This document shows positions 44,558-54,062 of a DNA stretch of 64,000 nt, piece after piece. The notes beneath the pieces are model-generated. The model was given only the letters and a program-made list of their open reading frames with translations, did not search any database and was not told where the DNA came from. How positions within the stretch are numbered: position 1 is the first letter of the stretch; each line of letters begins with the position of its first letter. A program made the position numbers and the translations under genes. The DNA is taken from the NCBI GenBank assembly GCA_965248065.1, contig OZ252088.1, positions 1,292,773-1,356,772 of the forward strand, in the 5' to 3' direction. This DNA is from Dehalococcoidia bacterium. Lineage in GTDB: Bacteria > Chloroflexota > Dehalococcoidia > Lucifugimonadales > Australimonadaceae.

Positions 44558-45925
44558 ATGAGTAGCTCCGCGTTCCGAAGCATCCCCAGCGTCGATAGAG
44601 TCCTAGCTGAGCCGGCGCTCGCCGGTCTGCTTGCCGCGTATCGCCGCGATATCGTCGTCGTCGCGGTCCGCGAGCGCATCGGGCTGGCCAGGGCTGCCGT
44701 CGCACGGGGAGAGGCGCCGCCGACAGCCGCCGATGTCGCGCAGGCTGTCGCAACGGGTATGGAGGCGCAGTGGGCCAGCTGGCCGGCGCCCGTTATCAAC
44801 GCGACGGGTGTCATCCTGCACACCAACCTTGGCCGCGCTCCGCTATCCGAGGAGAGCCTACGCGCCGTGGCCGCCGCCGCCGAGGACTACTCGGACTTGG
44901 AGCTGGAGCTCGACGAGGGCAAGCGCGGCTCGCGGCACACGGCTATCGCGCGTCTGCTCCGCCAGCTCACCGGCGCCGAGGACGCCATGGCGGTCAACAA
45001 CAACGCCGGGGCGATCCTGCTCGGGCTCGCGGCGGTCGCGACGGGCAAAGAGGTGATTGTGTCGCGCGGCGAGGCCAGCGAGATAGGCGGCGGCTTCCGC
45101 ATACCCGACGTTCTTGCTCAGAGCGGGGCCAAGCTCGTCGAGGTCGGCACGGTCAACCGCACCTACGACCGCGACTATGCGAGGGCTGTCACCGAGAACA
45201 CCGCCGCTCTGCTGCTCGTCCACCGCTCCAACTTTCAGGTCATCGGCTTCACTCACGAGCCCGCGCTGGCGGATGTCGCCGCCGTCGGCGCGGCGTACGG
45301 CGTTCCCGTGCTGCACGACCTGGGCTCCGGCGCGTTGCTGGACACCGCAGAGTTTGGGATCGGGCATGAGATCATGCCCCAGGAGAGCCTCGCCGCGGGG
45401 TCGGACCTCGTCTTCTTCTCCGGCGATAAGCTGCTTGGCGGTCCCCAGGCCGGCCTCGTCGTGGGCAGAGCGGACCTCGTAGCCAAGCTCAAGGCGCACC
45501 CCCTCGCGCGCGCCCTCCGCGCCGACAAACTGACGCTCGCCGCCCTGCACGAGACCCTCATGCATTACGTGCGAGGCGAGGCCAAGGAGAAGACTCCCGT
45601 CTGGCGCATGATCGCCGCATCCCGCGAGGAGCTCGACCTCCGGGCGACCGCGCTCGCCAACCTGATCGGCAAGACGGCGAGGGTGGTCGACGGCGCCTCT
45701 GCGCTGGGCGGCGGGAGCCTTCCGGCCGACGGGCTGCCATCGCGCATCGTGAGCATCGAGGCCTCGGCCGTGGGGGGGCCGGACGAGCTGGCGCGGCGTC
45801 TGCGGACCGGCTCGCCCGCGGTGATGGCGCGCATCGAGGACGATAGGCTGCTGCTCGACCCTCGCACCGTGCCGCCGGCCCGCGACGCCGATCTGGCCAG
45901 CGCGGTCGCGGCGGCGCTCGCTTAG
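44558..45925 (+). CDS. selA: L-seryl-tRNA(Sec) selenium transferase
   Basis: 455 aa. FRSIPSVDRVL, VINATGVILHTNLGRAPL, NNNAGAILL, SRGEASEIGGGFRIPDV, FSGDKLLGGPQAG (PLP Lys). Confidence 0.9.
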   Translation: MSSSAFRSIPSVDRVLAEPALAGLLAAYRRDIVVVAVRERIGLARAAVARGEAPPTAADVAQAVATGMEAQWASWPAPVINATGVILHTNLGRAPLSEESLRAVAAAAEDYSDLELELDEGKRGSRHTAIARLLRQLTGAEDAMAVNNNAGAILLGLAAVATGKEVIVSRGEASEIGGGFRIPDVLAQSGAKLVEVGTVNRTYDRDYARAVTENTAALLLVHRSNFQVIGFTHEPALADVAAVGAAYGVPVLHDLGSGALLDTAEFGIGHEIMPQESLAAGSDLVFFSGDKLLGGPQAGLVVGRADLVAKLKAHPLARALRADKLTLAALHETLMHYVRGEAKEKTPVWRMIAASREELDLRATALANLIGKTARVVDGASALGGGSLPADGLPSRIVSIEASAVGGPDELARRLRTGSPAVMARIEDDRLLLDPRTVPPARDADLASAVAAALA

Positions 45926-46053
45926 GCCCCCTCCTCGATCTTCTTCCACCGACGGGAGGGGATTTTCGATGCCATGGATAGGGATTGGGAAGGGTAAGTG
46001 CTATGCTTGTTGATGGCGAGGCTCCGCGACCCGTGGACTTCGGAGGAAGAGAC

Positions 46054-46302
46054 GTGGGGACTAATATCGAGTTGTTAAATCGCATCACCGTGCGCGCGGA
46101 CGTCTTTGGCGGCAAGCCAATCATCCGAGATATGCGCGTCGCGGTTGAGCACGTTCTAGGCATGCTCGCCTCCGGCGATTCTCCGGAGACGATTCTCCAA
46201 GAATACCCGTTCTTGGAGCCGGAAGACGTCCAGGCGTGCTTACTCTTCGCCCACCGCGTACTGGTCGGCGAACACGTCCACGAGCGCATACCTGTGCGAT
46301 AA
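46054..46302 (+). CDS. DUF433 domain protein (antitoxin-like partner)
   Basis: GGKPIIRDMRVAVEHVLGMLASGDSPETILQEYPFLEPEDVQACLLFA is the DUF433 signature. GTG 46054 preferred (GGAGGAAG 4 nt upstream); track start 45985 or ATG 46003 are possible. Confidence 0.7.
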   Translation: MGTNIELLNRITVRADVFGGKPIIRDMRVAVEHVLGMLASGDSPETILQEYPFLEPEDVQACLLFAHRVLVGEHVHERIPVR

Positions 46303-46307
46303 CCATT

Positions 46308-46664
46308 GTGAAGTTTCTTCTGGACGTGTGCGCGGCGTCCCACAGCATGCGCGCGACATTGACCAGCCTGGGCCACGATGTTGTTTCAGCCTTGGAGAGA
46401 GACCCTCGCGCCACGGATGAAGCGCTGCTTGCGCTGGCGAATGAAGAGCAGCGAGTGCTGGTTACCGAAGACAAGGACTTCGGTGAGTTGGTCTTCGTAC
46501 ACCGGTTGCCGCATCAGTGCATCATCCGGTTCGTTGACATGGAGGTTGCGGAGAAGGCAGCCTCGATGCGTGAATTGCTAAAGTTCCATGCGGATGCGAT
46601 GCGCGAGGGCGCTATCATCGTCGTTACGCGAAGACGGGTGCGGGTACGCACGGGGGAAGGCTAG
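46308..46664 (+). CDS. DUF5615/Mut7-C-like PIN-fold protein (toxin-like partner of DUF433)
   Basis: GTG 46308 gives MKFLLDVCAA..., a typical family start; ...EEQRVLVTEDKDFGELV. Starts 5 nt after the DUF433 stop. Confidence 0.7.
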   Translation: MKFLLDVCAASHSMRATLTSLGHDVVSALERDPRATDEALLALANEEQRVLVTEDKDFGELVFVHRLPHQCIIRFVDMEVAEKAASMRELLKFHADAMREGAIIVVTRRRVRVRTGEG

Positions 46665-46684
46665 CGAGGGAAATCGCCCCTCCC

Positions 46685-47980
46685 CTAGAGCCGGAGGCGG
46701 CGGAAGGACGGGGCCAGGAGGGTGACGACGGTCACCATCACGAGGCCAGTCGCGCCCCCAGCCAGCCAGGAGAAGGACACGCCGTAGTAGGTCGCGAGGA
46801 TTCCTGCGACGACTCCGCCAAGCGGCTGCATGCCGACGTCCAGCATGTAGATGCCCATGACCCGGCCGCGCATGAAGTCGGGGGTTACGCTCTGGAGAAT
46901 CGTGTTGTTCGTCGTCATCACCATGATGAAGAACATCTGCTGCACGACCAGGGCGAGCCAGGCCAGCTGCCACTGATCGACCTGCGACAGCGCAATCAGC
47001 GCCAGCGCGCCGCCAACCACGGCCCCGATGGACACACGCCCCTTGTGGCTGACTGTGTGGAACCTGGCCACAAATATGGCTCCGATGAATCCTCCTACGC
47101 CCATGCCGAGGCCCAACAGGCCGAGCAGACCGCCGTCGGGGTCTCCTAGGTCAACCGCCACGAATACCGGCAGCTGCGTTTGAATGAACGCCATCAGGAA
47201 CATCGTCGGAATGAAGCTCATAAGGACGGCGTAGCGCGGCACCGGCTGACGGGCCACGTAGGCCAGTCCTTCCTTCAGGTCGGCCAAAGGGGACTGCTGC
47301 TTGCGGCCCTCCCGGCTCTCCGCGTACTCCGCCCTATAGGGCAGCACGAGGAGCACGACGACGCCGTACATCAGGGTCTGCAGCACGAAGTTCACGTCCG
47401 GGCCAAAGAACGCGATCATCCCTCCGGCGATACCGGGGCCGATCATTCGCATCGAGTTGAACGCCATGGAGCTCAGTGCGATCGCATTCATCAGACGGTC
47501 TCGCGGGACCGAGTTGGCGACGAGCGTCTGCCGCAGCGGGTTCATCAAGCCCCAGCCTGCTCCGGTCAGGAACGAGAAGGCGTAAAGGTGCCAAAGCTCC
47601 ACCACGTCAAAGATGAGGAGGAGGGCGAAGCCGAGCGCCAGCGCGGCGAGATACGTCTGGTCGATCAGCAGCATCCTGCGCCGGTCGACCATGTCGGCGA
47701 TGACGCCCGCGATGGGCGCGGCGAGCATGGGCGTGGCTCGTAGACCGAGGACAATCGAGACCTGTAGCGGCGACTTGGTCATCTCGAAAGCCAGCCAGCC
47801 GATGGTTATCTGCTGGATCCAGGTGCCACCGCTCATAAAGACGGTGCCGAACCAGAGCAGCCGGAAGTTGCGGTAGCTGAGCGCCGAGAACGTATCCGCC
47901 CAAGCGGAACGTGGGGACGGCCGCGCGGTTTCTTCTGTCGGTCCAGATTGACGCATGGGGCCTCTCAGGTTACTCCTCAC
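46685..47980 (-). CDS. MFS transporter (MFS_3/EntS-like)
   Basis: 431 aa, ~12 hydrophobic helices, YRNFRLLWFGTVFMSGGTWIQ N-terminal motif. ATG 47956 is an alternative start. Confidence 0.85.
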   Translation of the reverse strand: MRSNLRGPMRQSGPTEETARPSPRSAWADTFSALSYRNFRLLWFGTVFMSGGTWIQQITIGWLAFEMTKSPLQVSIVLGLRATPMLAAPIAGVIADMVDRRRMLLIDQTYLAALALGFALLLIFDVVELWHLYAFSFLTGAGWGLMNPLRQTLVANSVPRDRLMNAIALSSMAFNSMRMIGPGIAGGMIAFFGPDVNFVLQTLMYGVVVLLVLPYRAEYAESREGRKQQSPLADLKEGLAYVARQPVPRYAVLMSFIPTMFLMAFIQTQLPVFVAVDLGDPDGGLLGLLGLGMGVGGFIGAIFVARFHTVSHKGRVSIGAVVGGALALIALSQVDQWQLAWLALVVQQMFFIMVMTTNNTILQSVTPDFMRGRVMGIYMLDVGMQPLGGVVAGILATYYGVSFSWLAGGATGLVMVTVVTLLAPSFRRLRL

Positions 47981-48160
47981 CGGCGCATTGCGTGCTAGGT
48001 CTCCTCCCTAACCCGTCGTCGCCGGTCCTCTTCCGCGAACGCAGATGGCAAAGGGAACCAGACGCTGGAGCGTCGACTGTGGGCGTTGGGCACAGGCCAT
48101 ATGAGGGATTTCCGTGGGAGCGTAGACCGGGGGGGCTTGGAGGGGAGGCGAGACGGGGCG

Positions 48161-49450
48161 TTAGAGCTCGAGGCGGCGGTAGCGAGGCAGGGCGAGGGAC
48201 ACGAGGGTGATGATGGTCAGGCTCGCTATGCCGCTGATCAGGAACGCGTTATCGACGCCGTAGGCGGCCGCGACGGCGCCTGCGATGAACCCGCCGAACG
48301 GCATCATGCCGATCTCCATCTGATACACCCCCATCACCCGGCCTCGCAGTCTGTCCGGCGTCACTGTGTGGATGACGGTCATGTGCGTCGTCATCACCAC
48401 CTGCACGAACATCTGCTGGAACATCAGCATGACCAGCGCCAGCCAGAGCACTGTGGTCTGGGAGAGGACCAGGATGCACACGCCCGACGCCGCGAACGCT
48501 CCCGTCGCCACCAACCCCTTCTTGCGGGTGCGGGAGAACACCGCGAGCACGCCGGTCCCCAGGAACCCGCCGACGCCCATCGACATCAGCAGTAGCCCCA
48601 GGTACGTTCCGTCGTCGTTGTCGAGTATCTCCGCCGAATAGACGGGGAGCTGGTTGAACACGATGGCCAGCGCGGTGAAGGAGAGGCCGAACGACACGCC
48701 CGCCACGATGCGTGTGATCGGATCGTGGATGACGTGCTTGAAGCCCTCCTTCAGGTTTCGGAACGGGGAGCTCTCCCTCGCCGCACGGTCCGCGGTGTAG
48801 TAGGGGGTGTGCAGTTTGCTCAGGAGCAACAGCGCGAAGAAGAAGAGCACGCTCTGGATGAGGAAGTTGACGTCCGGCCCGAAGAAGGCGATGACGAACC
48901 CGCCGATAGCCGGGCCCACTGCGCGCATCGAGTTGAACGCCATCGAGCTCATCGCGACCGCGTGCATCAGCGCCTCGCGAGGCACGGTGTTGGCGACCAG
49001 CACCTGCCGCACCGGGTTGTTGCCTGCCCATAGGAAGCCGAACGCGAGCGCGAACACGTATAGGTGCCACACCTGCTGGAGGTCGAGGAAGAGGAGCAGC
49101 GTGAAGCCGAAGACCAGCAACGTCACAAGGGCTTGATCGACCATGAGGAGGCGCTTGCGGTCGACCCGGTCCGCGATGACGCCGGTGATGGGCGAAAGGA
49201 GCAGGGGCAGGGTCCGTATGCCGACGACGCCCGCGACGTGCAGGGGGCTGCGGGTGAGGTCGTAGGCCAGCCACCCCAGCGTGACCTGTTGGAACCAAAC
49301 GCCGCCCGCGACGAGGCCCGTGGTCACCCAGAGGACGCGGAAGTCGGGGTAGCTGAGGGAGTTGGCGGACACCCGAGGCCGCTCAGTGCCCGATTGGGCT
49401 GACGCGGCTGGTTGGGCTTCGTTCGCTTCCATGGGAGGGTGGGAGTCCAC
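48161..49450 (-). CDS. MFS transporter, paralog of 46685..47980
   Basis: 429 aa, collinear with its neighbour (YPDFRVLWVTTGLVAGGVWFQ...; MSSMAFNSMR shared). Confidence 0.85.
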   Translation of the reverse strand: MDSHPPMEANEAQPAASAQSGTERPRVSANSLSYPDFRVLWVTTGLVAGGVWFQQVTLGWLAYDLTRSPLHVAGVVGIRTLPLLLSPITGVIADRVDRKRLLMVDQALVTLLVFGFTLLLFLDLQQVWHLYVFALAFGFLWAGNNPVRQVLVANTVPREALMHAVAMSSMAFNSMRAVGPAIGGFVIAFFGPDVNFLIQSVLFFFALLLLSKLHTPYYTADRAARESSPFRNLKEGFKHVIHDPITRIVAGVSFGLSFTALAIVFNQLPVYSAEILDNDDGTYLGLLLMSMGVGGFLGTGVLAVFSRTRKKGLVATGAFAASGVCILVLSQTTVLWLALVMLMFQQMFVQVVMTTHMTVIHTVTPDRLRGRVMGVYQMEIGMMPFGGFIAGAVAAAYGVDNAFLISGIASLTIITLVSLALPRYRRLEL

Positions 49451-49660
49451 TATACGCCTGCCTCTCGCGTCATTCCCGCGGGCGGGAACCCAGGAATCGA
49501 CTACTCATTTCCTCTCCCCCGTCTGCGGGGGAGAGTTAGAGAGGGGGCCGTCCGCGGGAAATCTCCTTCCGTCATTCCCGCGCAGGCGGGAACCTCGCAG
49601 CCCCTTCCCCTCGGCCTGCGCCTTGTGCGCAGCCTTTCCTACTGGGAGAGGCATTAGAAT
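49440..49660. repeat. REP cluster between the MFS and epimerase genes
   Basis: CGTCATTCCCGCGGGCGGGAACCC (~49468), hairpin CTCTCCCCCGTCTGCGGGGGAGAG (~49512), CGTCATTCCCGCGCAGGCGGGAACC (~49571). Confidence 0.75.
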
Positions 49661-49670
49661 AGCGCGCTGT

Positions 49671-50588
49671 ATGAACATCCTCGTGACAGGCGGCGCTGGG
49701 TTTATCGGCTCCCATCTCGTGGACCGGCTTGTCGAGGCGGGCTGCCGGGTTGCTATCGTTGACGACGTCTCGACCGGCAAGCAGGGCAACATCAACGCCG
49801 CCGCCGATTTTCACCAGGCCGACATCCGCAGTCCTGAGCTCGCTGCCGCATTCGATGCAGCCTCGCCGGAGGTCGTCTTCCACGTCGCGGCCCACGCCAG
49901 CGTGAGCGAGTCGGTGAGAGACCCCCGGCACGACGCGGAGGTGAACGTCCTCGGCACGCTGAACGTCCTCGAACAGTGCGCGGCGCATGATGTCCGGCGG
50001 CTGGTGTTCAGCTCGACCGGGGGAGCGCTCTACGGCGAGCCGGAGCGACTCCCCGCTGACGAGACGCACCCCGTGCGCCCGCTCTCTCCCTATGGCGCGT
50101 CGAAGGCCGCCGGAGAGGCGTACGTGACCGCGATGAGCCGGCTCGCGGGGATGCGCTACACGATTCTCCGGTACGCCAACGTCTACGGCCCCCGTCAGGA
50201 CCCTCACGGCGAGGCGGGAGTTGTCGCGATCTTTGCCGGAGCGATGCTCCAAGGGAGGCAGCCGACTATCTTTGGCGACGGCCTCCATGAGCGCGACTAC
50301 GTCTATGTCGACGACGTGGCGCGAGCCAACCTGCTCGCGATGGAGATGGACGGCGACGGCACGTTCAACATCGGCACGGGCGAGGGGACGACGGTGCGCC
50401 AGGTGTTCGACGCGGTCGCCACCGCAACCGGCTACGCCGGCGAGCCCCGGCATGCCCCCGACCGTCCCGGGGACGTGCGCCGCATCTACCTGGACGCCAC
50501 CCTTGCCGAGCGCGAGCTAGGCTGGACCGCGCAAGTCCCATTCGCCGAGGGCATCGCGCGGACCGTCGCCTTCATGCGGGTGGGGTAG
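49671..50588 (+). CDS. NAD-dependent epimerase/dehydratase (UDP-glucose 4-epimerase-like)
   Basis: Trimmed to ATG 49671: MNILVTGGAGFIGSHLV, YGASKAAGE (YxxxK). The upstream part of track ORF 49362 translates REP sequence. Confidence 0.85.
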   Translation: MNILVTGGAGFIGSHLVDRLVEAGCRVAIVDDVSTGKQGNINAAADFHQADIRSPELAAAFDAASPEVVFHVAAHASVSESVRDPRHDAEVNVLGTLNVLEQCAAHDVRRLVFSSTGGALYGEPERLPADETHPVRPLSPYGASKAAGEAYVTAMSRLAGMRYTILRYANVYGPRQDPHGEAGVVAIFAGAMLQGRQPTIFGDGLHERDYVYVDDVARANLLAMEMDGDGTFNIGTGEGTTVRQVFDAVATATGYAGEPRHAPDRPGDVRRIYLDATLAERELGWTAQVPFAEGIARTVAFMRVG

Positions 50589-50695
50589 GGGAGCGGCTCG
50601 TCGTAGAGGGTTGAAGAGAGAACGCGCCGCCGTTGACAGTCGGGCCGCGAACCATGACGATGATGGGCGTTCGGTCCATCTCTAGGAGAGCTTGC

Positions 50696-50821
50696 GTGAA
50701 AGACCTCATCTGGCCGTTCGGCCATGCTGAAGACATCGGATACATCCTCTGGCCGGTGGCGGCTGGCGGGGCCATCGGTCTGGCCTCGCTGCTGATACTG
50801 CTCAGTTTCGTCTGGCCGTAG
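50696..50821 (+). CDS. possible 41-aa membrane peptide
   Basis: GTG 50696 with AGGAGAG 5 nt upstream. VKDLIWPFGHAEDIGYILWPVAAGGAIGLASLLILLSFVWP has one TM helix. Ends 5 nt before the hydrolase gene. Confidence 0.35.
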   Translation: MKDLIWPFGHAEDIGYILWPVAAGGAIGLASLLILLSFVWP

Positions 50822-50826
50822 CCGCT

Positions 50827-51675
50827 ATGGGCGATCCGCATTTCGCCACCGTCGACGGCGTCCGCACGGCCTACGAGACGACGGGCGGCGGCTTCCCGCT
50901 TATCGCGCTGCACGGCTTTCCGCGCACTCGCCGGACGTGGGAGAAGGTCACGCCTGCGCTCGCCGGACGGTTTACCGTCGTCGCGCCGGACCGCAGGGGG
51001 TACGGCGATTCGGAGCGCATCGCCGACCCCGCCGCCTATGGGCTGGCGTCGATGGCCGCCGACGCCGTCGCGTTGATGGACCATCTGGGCCACGAGCGGT
51101 TCCTAGTCGTCGGGCACGACAAGGGCGCGCCAACGGCCAGGCGGCTCGCCGCCGACCTGCCGGACCGCGTCGCGGGCATGGTGCAGATCGACTCGAGCCC
51201 GCAGGGGGTTGGGGCGGAGCGGCGCGACCCGAGCGGGCGGCAGTGGTATTTCGATTTCTTTCGCCAGCGAAACGTGGCCGAGCCCATCGTGAACGCGATT
51301 CCCGAGTTGTTCTTCGGCCTCTTCTTGGACCGCAACCCGCACCTCACACCCGAGGAGCGCGCCTTTTACGTGGAGATGTTCTCGCGTCCCGGCACCGCTG
51401 ACGCGGTCATCTGGGACTATCGCCTAGCGCTGGAAGAGGACCTGGACTACTGGCGCGCCGAGGTGGCGGCCGGCCGGAAGCTCGCCGTGCCTGTCCTGTC
51501 CATCTGGGGCGCGTCGGGACCGTCGGCCAGAGCCGACGTGCTCGCCGCTTGGCGTGAAGTCGCGGACGACGTTCGCGGCTGGCCGGTCGAGGGCAGCGCT
51601 CACTACGTGCAAGAGCAGCAGCCCGAGGCGGTCGTGTCCGCCATCATGGGGTTTGCCGACGAGCTGGGGTTGTAG
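50827..51675 (+). CDS. alpha/beta hydrolase (epoxide hydrolase / haloacetate dehalogenase-like)
   Basis: 282 aa. LHGFPRTRRTWEKV, VVGHDKGA (Asp nucleophile type), GSAHYVQEQQPE. Confidence 0.8.
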   Translation: MGDPHFATVDGVRTAYETTGGGFPLIALHGFPRTRRTWEKVTPALAGRFTVVAPDRRGYGDSERIADPAAYGLASMAADAVALMDHLGHERFLVVGHDKGAPTARRLAADLPDRVAGMVQIDSSPQGVGAERRDPSGRQWYFDFFRQRNVAEPIVNAIPELFFGLFLDRNPHLTPEERAFYVEMFSRPGTADAVIWDYRLALEEDLDYWRAEVAAGRKLAVPVLSIWGASGPSARADVLAAWREVADDVRGWPVEGSAHYVQEQQPEAVVSAIMGFADELGL

Positions 51676-51702
51676 CCCTCTCCCTCAGTCCCTCTCGCAG
51701 AC

Positions 51703-51890
51703 GAGACCTTTGCGTAACCCTATTTTGGGGCGGGCGTAACTCTTCCCACCCACCCGCCCGTCATGCTGTGGGGGACACCCCCACGCCCCCGGCAGAGGGG
51801 CGTCGCCCCTCTGCGCTCCCCGGTATTCCAAGCCGGTCCATGGTTCGACAGGCTCACCACGAACCAGTTTGAGATTTACGCAAAGGTCTC
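51703..51890 (+). mobile_element. MITE copy M2 (188 bp)
   Basis: TIRs GAGACCTTTGCGTAA / TTACGCAAAGGTCTC. GCAGAC on both flanks (51697-702, 51891-896), i.e. inserted in the loop of a CCTCTC-GCAGAC-AGGGGAGG hairpin. Confidence 0.7.
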
Positions 51891-51922
51891 GCAGACAGGG
51901 GAGGAGGTTTCGAGCGTTTCCC

Positions 51923-53119
51923 TCAACGCGCCATCGCGCCCTCCTCGACCTGGCGGGCCTCGTCTGCCTTGGCGAAGTCCTCTTCACTGAAGTTGTAGAG
52001 GGACGCGCCGCCGTAGAGGATGGCCGCGGCGGTCTCTCTCGATACTCCCGCCAACAGGTTGTTCGACACGTTCGGGAAGTTAGAGTCGAAGTGAGGGTAG
52101 TCCGTGGATATGCACATGCGGTCGGCGCCGATGAGGGAGGCGGTGGCCTCGATTTCCGGCTCGCTCCCCTCGACGGCCGCCCAGCAGTTGCGCCGGAAGT
52201 ACTCCTTGGGCGTGAGCGAGAGGTAGGGCGCGTGGGTCTGCTGGTACTGGGGGTAGTCCCACTCGATGCGGCTCAGGACTCCCGGCGCCCATGAGTTCTG
52301 CGCTTCGAGGAATCCCACGCGCAGGTTGGGGTGGAACTCGAAGACGCCCCCGATGATCATGGCGATGAGCGCTTGCTGCATCTCGATCCAGTGGCTCGCC
52401 ACGTGACGGTAGAAGCGGTTCTCGCCGTAGAGGGTGTTCATGTTGGAGTACCACGCGCCGGTGCCCTCGTGGAAGCCCCACGTCACGTCGAGCTCCTCGT
52501 GCAGGCTGTAGAGGGGGTCCCAGTAGTTCGAGTGCCAGTAGCGTCCGTTCACCAGGTTCGGCCTGATGAATGAGCCGACCGCGCCGAGCTCGGTCACGCA
52601 CCGGCGCAGCTCCCTGCACGCGAGTGTGACGTCGTGAAAGGGGAGCATGGCGGCGAACTTCAGCCGGTCGGGACTGTGCTGGCAGAAGTCGTGTATCCAG
52701 TCGTTGTACGCGCGGCAGAGGGCCTCTGAGAGGAGCGGGTCCATGCCGTCGCGCGCGATGAGGCCGAGGCCCATGGTGGGGAAGAGGACGGCGATGTCGA
52801 CGCCTTCCATTTCCATGCCCATCACCTGGGCGACGGGGTCGTAGTTGCGCTCGATGGCGAAGCCCAGGTACGGCGCGGAGCGCGAGCCCGAGAGAGGCTG
52901 ACGCTGATTGGCGGAGACGGACTTGCTGCGTTTCCTGTACTGCTGCAAGTCATCGTCGCCGGACCGGGACAGGCCGTCGATCGTCACCTGCGCGCCGCCC
53001 GCCCGTCCGGGGGCGCTGATGACCCGGTGATGGAACTTGGGGTCGAGGTAGCGGTCGAACAGGTCGGCCGGCTCCATCACGTGCATGTCGCAATCAACGA
53101 ATCGTAAGCCGTCTTTCAT
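51923..53119 (-). CDS. amidohydrolase_2 family metal-dependent hydrolase
   Basis: 398 aa. FVDCDMHVMEP (HxH-type), ISTDYPHFDS. Confidence 0.85.
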   Translation of the reverse strand: MKDGLRFVDCDMHVMEPADLFDRYLDPKFHHRVISAPGRAGGAQVTIDGLSRSGDDDLQQYRKRSKSVSANQRQPLSGSRSAPYLGFAIERNYDPVAQVMGMEMEGVDIAVLFPTMGLGLIARDGMDPLLSEALCRAYNDWIHDFCQHSPDRLKFAAMLPFHDVTLACRELRRCVTELGAVGSFIRPNLVNGRYWHSNYWDPLYSLHEELDVTWGFHEGTGAWYSNMNTLYGENRFYRHVASHWIEMQQALIAMIIGGVFEFHPNLRVGFLEAQNSWAPGVLSRIEWDYPQYQQTHAPYLSLTPKEYFRRNCWAAVEGSEPEIEATASLIGADRMCISTDYPHFDSNFPNVSNNLLAGVSRETAAAILYGGASLYNFSEEDFAKADEARQVEEGAMAR

Positions 53120-53222
53120 CCATTCATCTCCTCAAGGGTAGCCTGCGCCCCCTCCTCGGTCCTCCCCCGCAACCGGGAGAGGATGTTTTACGAGAATCTT
53201 CCTCCGCAGCCGGGAGGAGGTC

Positions 53223-54032
53223 TTACGAGCCCGCCCTCACGTTCGCGATGAACTCGCGAACGTGCGGGATCATCGTGTCGGCCGCGAGGAACGCTTGCGC
53301 GTGCGTGTGGTCCGGCAGCGAGAGGAACGACGCGTTGGGTGCGAGGGACGCGCAGCGTTTGGCAGGCTCGTGGTTCCGCTGGTCCTTCGTACCGGCGTAG
53401 ACGAACGTGGGCAGGGTCATGTTGACGATGTCCTCGTCGGGCGCGCCCCAATCGAGGTTCGCAATCTGCTGGGCGGCGTAGGAGTCCTTATCGTTCGCCA
53501 GGAGACGTTCGCGGACGTCGGCGGGGAGCGGGCCCGCGTCCATCTCCATCGCGGCGACGTAGTAGTCCATGCCGACGCGCATGATTTTCGCGCGGGCCTC
53601 CCAGCGCACGCGGTCGAACTCGGGGACGTTCGCCGGTATGACGGGGTAGGAGCCGAGGACGAGAGCGTGGAAGCGGTCCGGGCTGAGCATGCCCAGCGCC
53701 CAACCGATGCTCGCGCCCATCGAATAGCCCCAGTAGTACGTCTTGTCGACGCCGAGATCGTCGAGCACGGCGATGACATCGGATACTTTCTGGGCGCGTC
53801 CGTAGTCGGCGGGGTCTTTCAGCTTGTCGCTCTGGCCGAAGCCGCGAGAGTCGATGAGGATGAGGCGGAACTCGCCGGCGAGCTTCGCGGTGTAGCCCGC
53901 GTTGTGCCAGTTCTGCGTGCTGCCGCCCATGCCGTGCATGAGCACGAGGGGAGGAGCGTCGTCCGGGGCGTCGTCGATCTCGTAATGGATGCGGACGCCG
54001 TTGTTGTCAATGAACCTGTCTTCGAACGGCAT
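53223..54032 (-). CDS. alpha/beta hydrolase
   Basis: 269 aa. LMHGMGGS, GYSMGASIG (GxSxG nucleophile elbow). AAGGAG RBS. Confidence 0.85.
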   Translation of the reverse strand: MPFEDRFIDNNGVRIHYEIDDAPDDAPPLVLMHGMGGSTQNWHNAGYTAKLAGEFRLILIDSRGFGQSDKLKDPADYGRAQKVSDVIAVLDDLGVDKTYYWGYSMGASIGWALGMLSPDRFHALVLGSYPVIPANVPEFDRVRWEARAKIMRVGMDYYVAAMEMDAGPLPADVRERLLANDKDSYAAQQIANLDWGAPDEDIVNMTLPTFVYAGTKDQRNHEPAKRCASLAPNASFLSLPDHTHAQAFLAADTMIPHVREFIANVRAGS

Positions 54033-54062
54033 GGAGTTGCTCCTTGGTCTGCCTGGCGCTCC

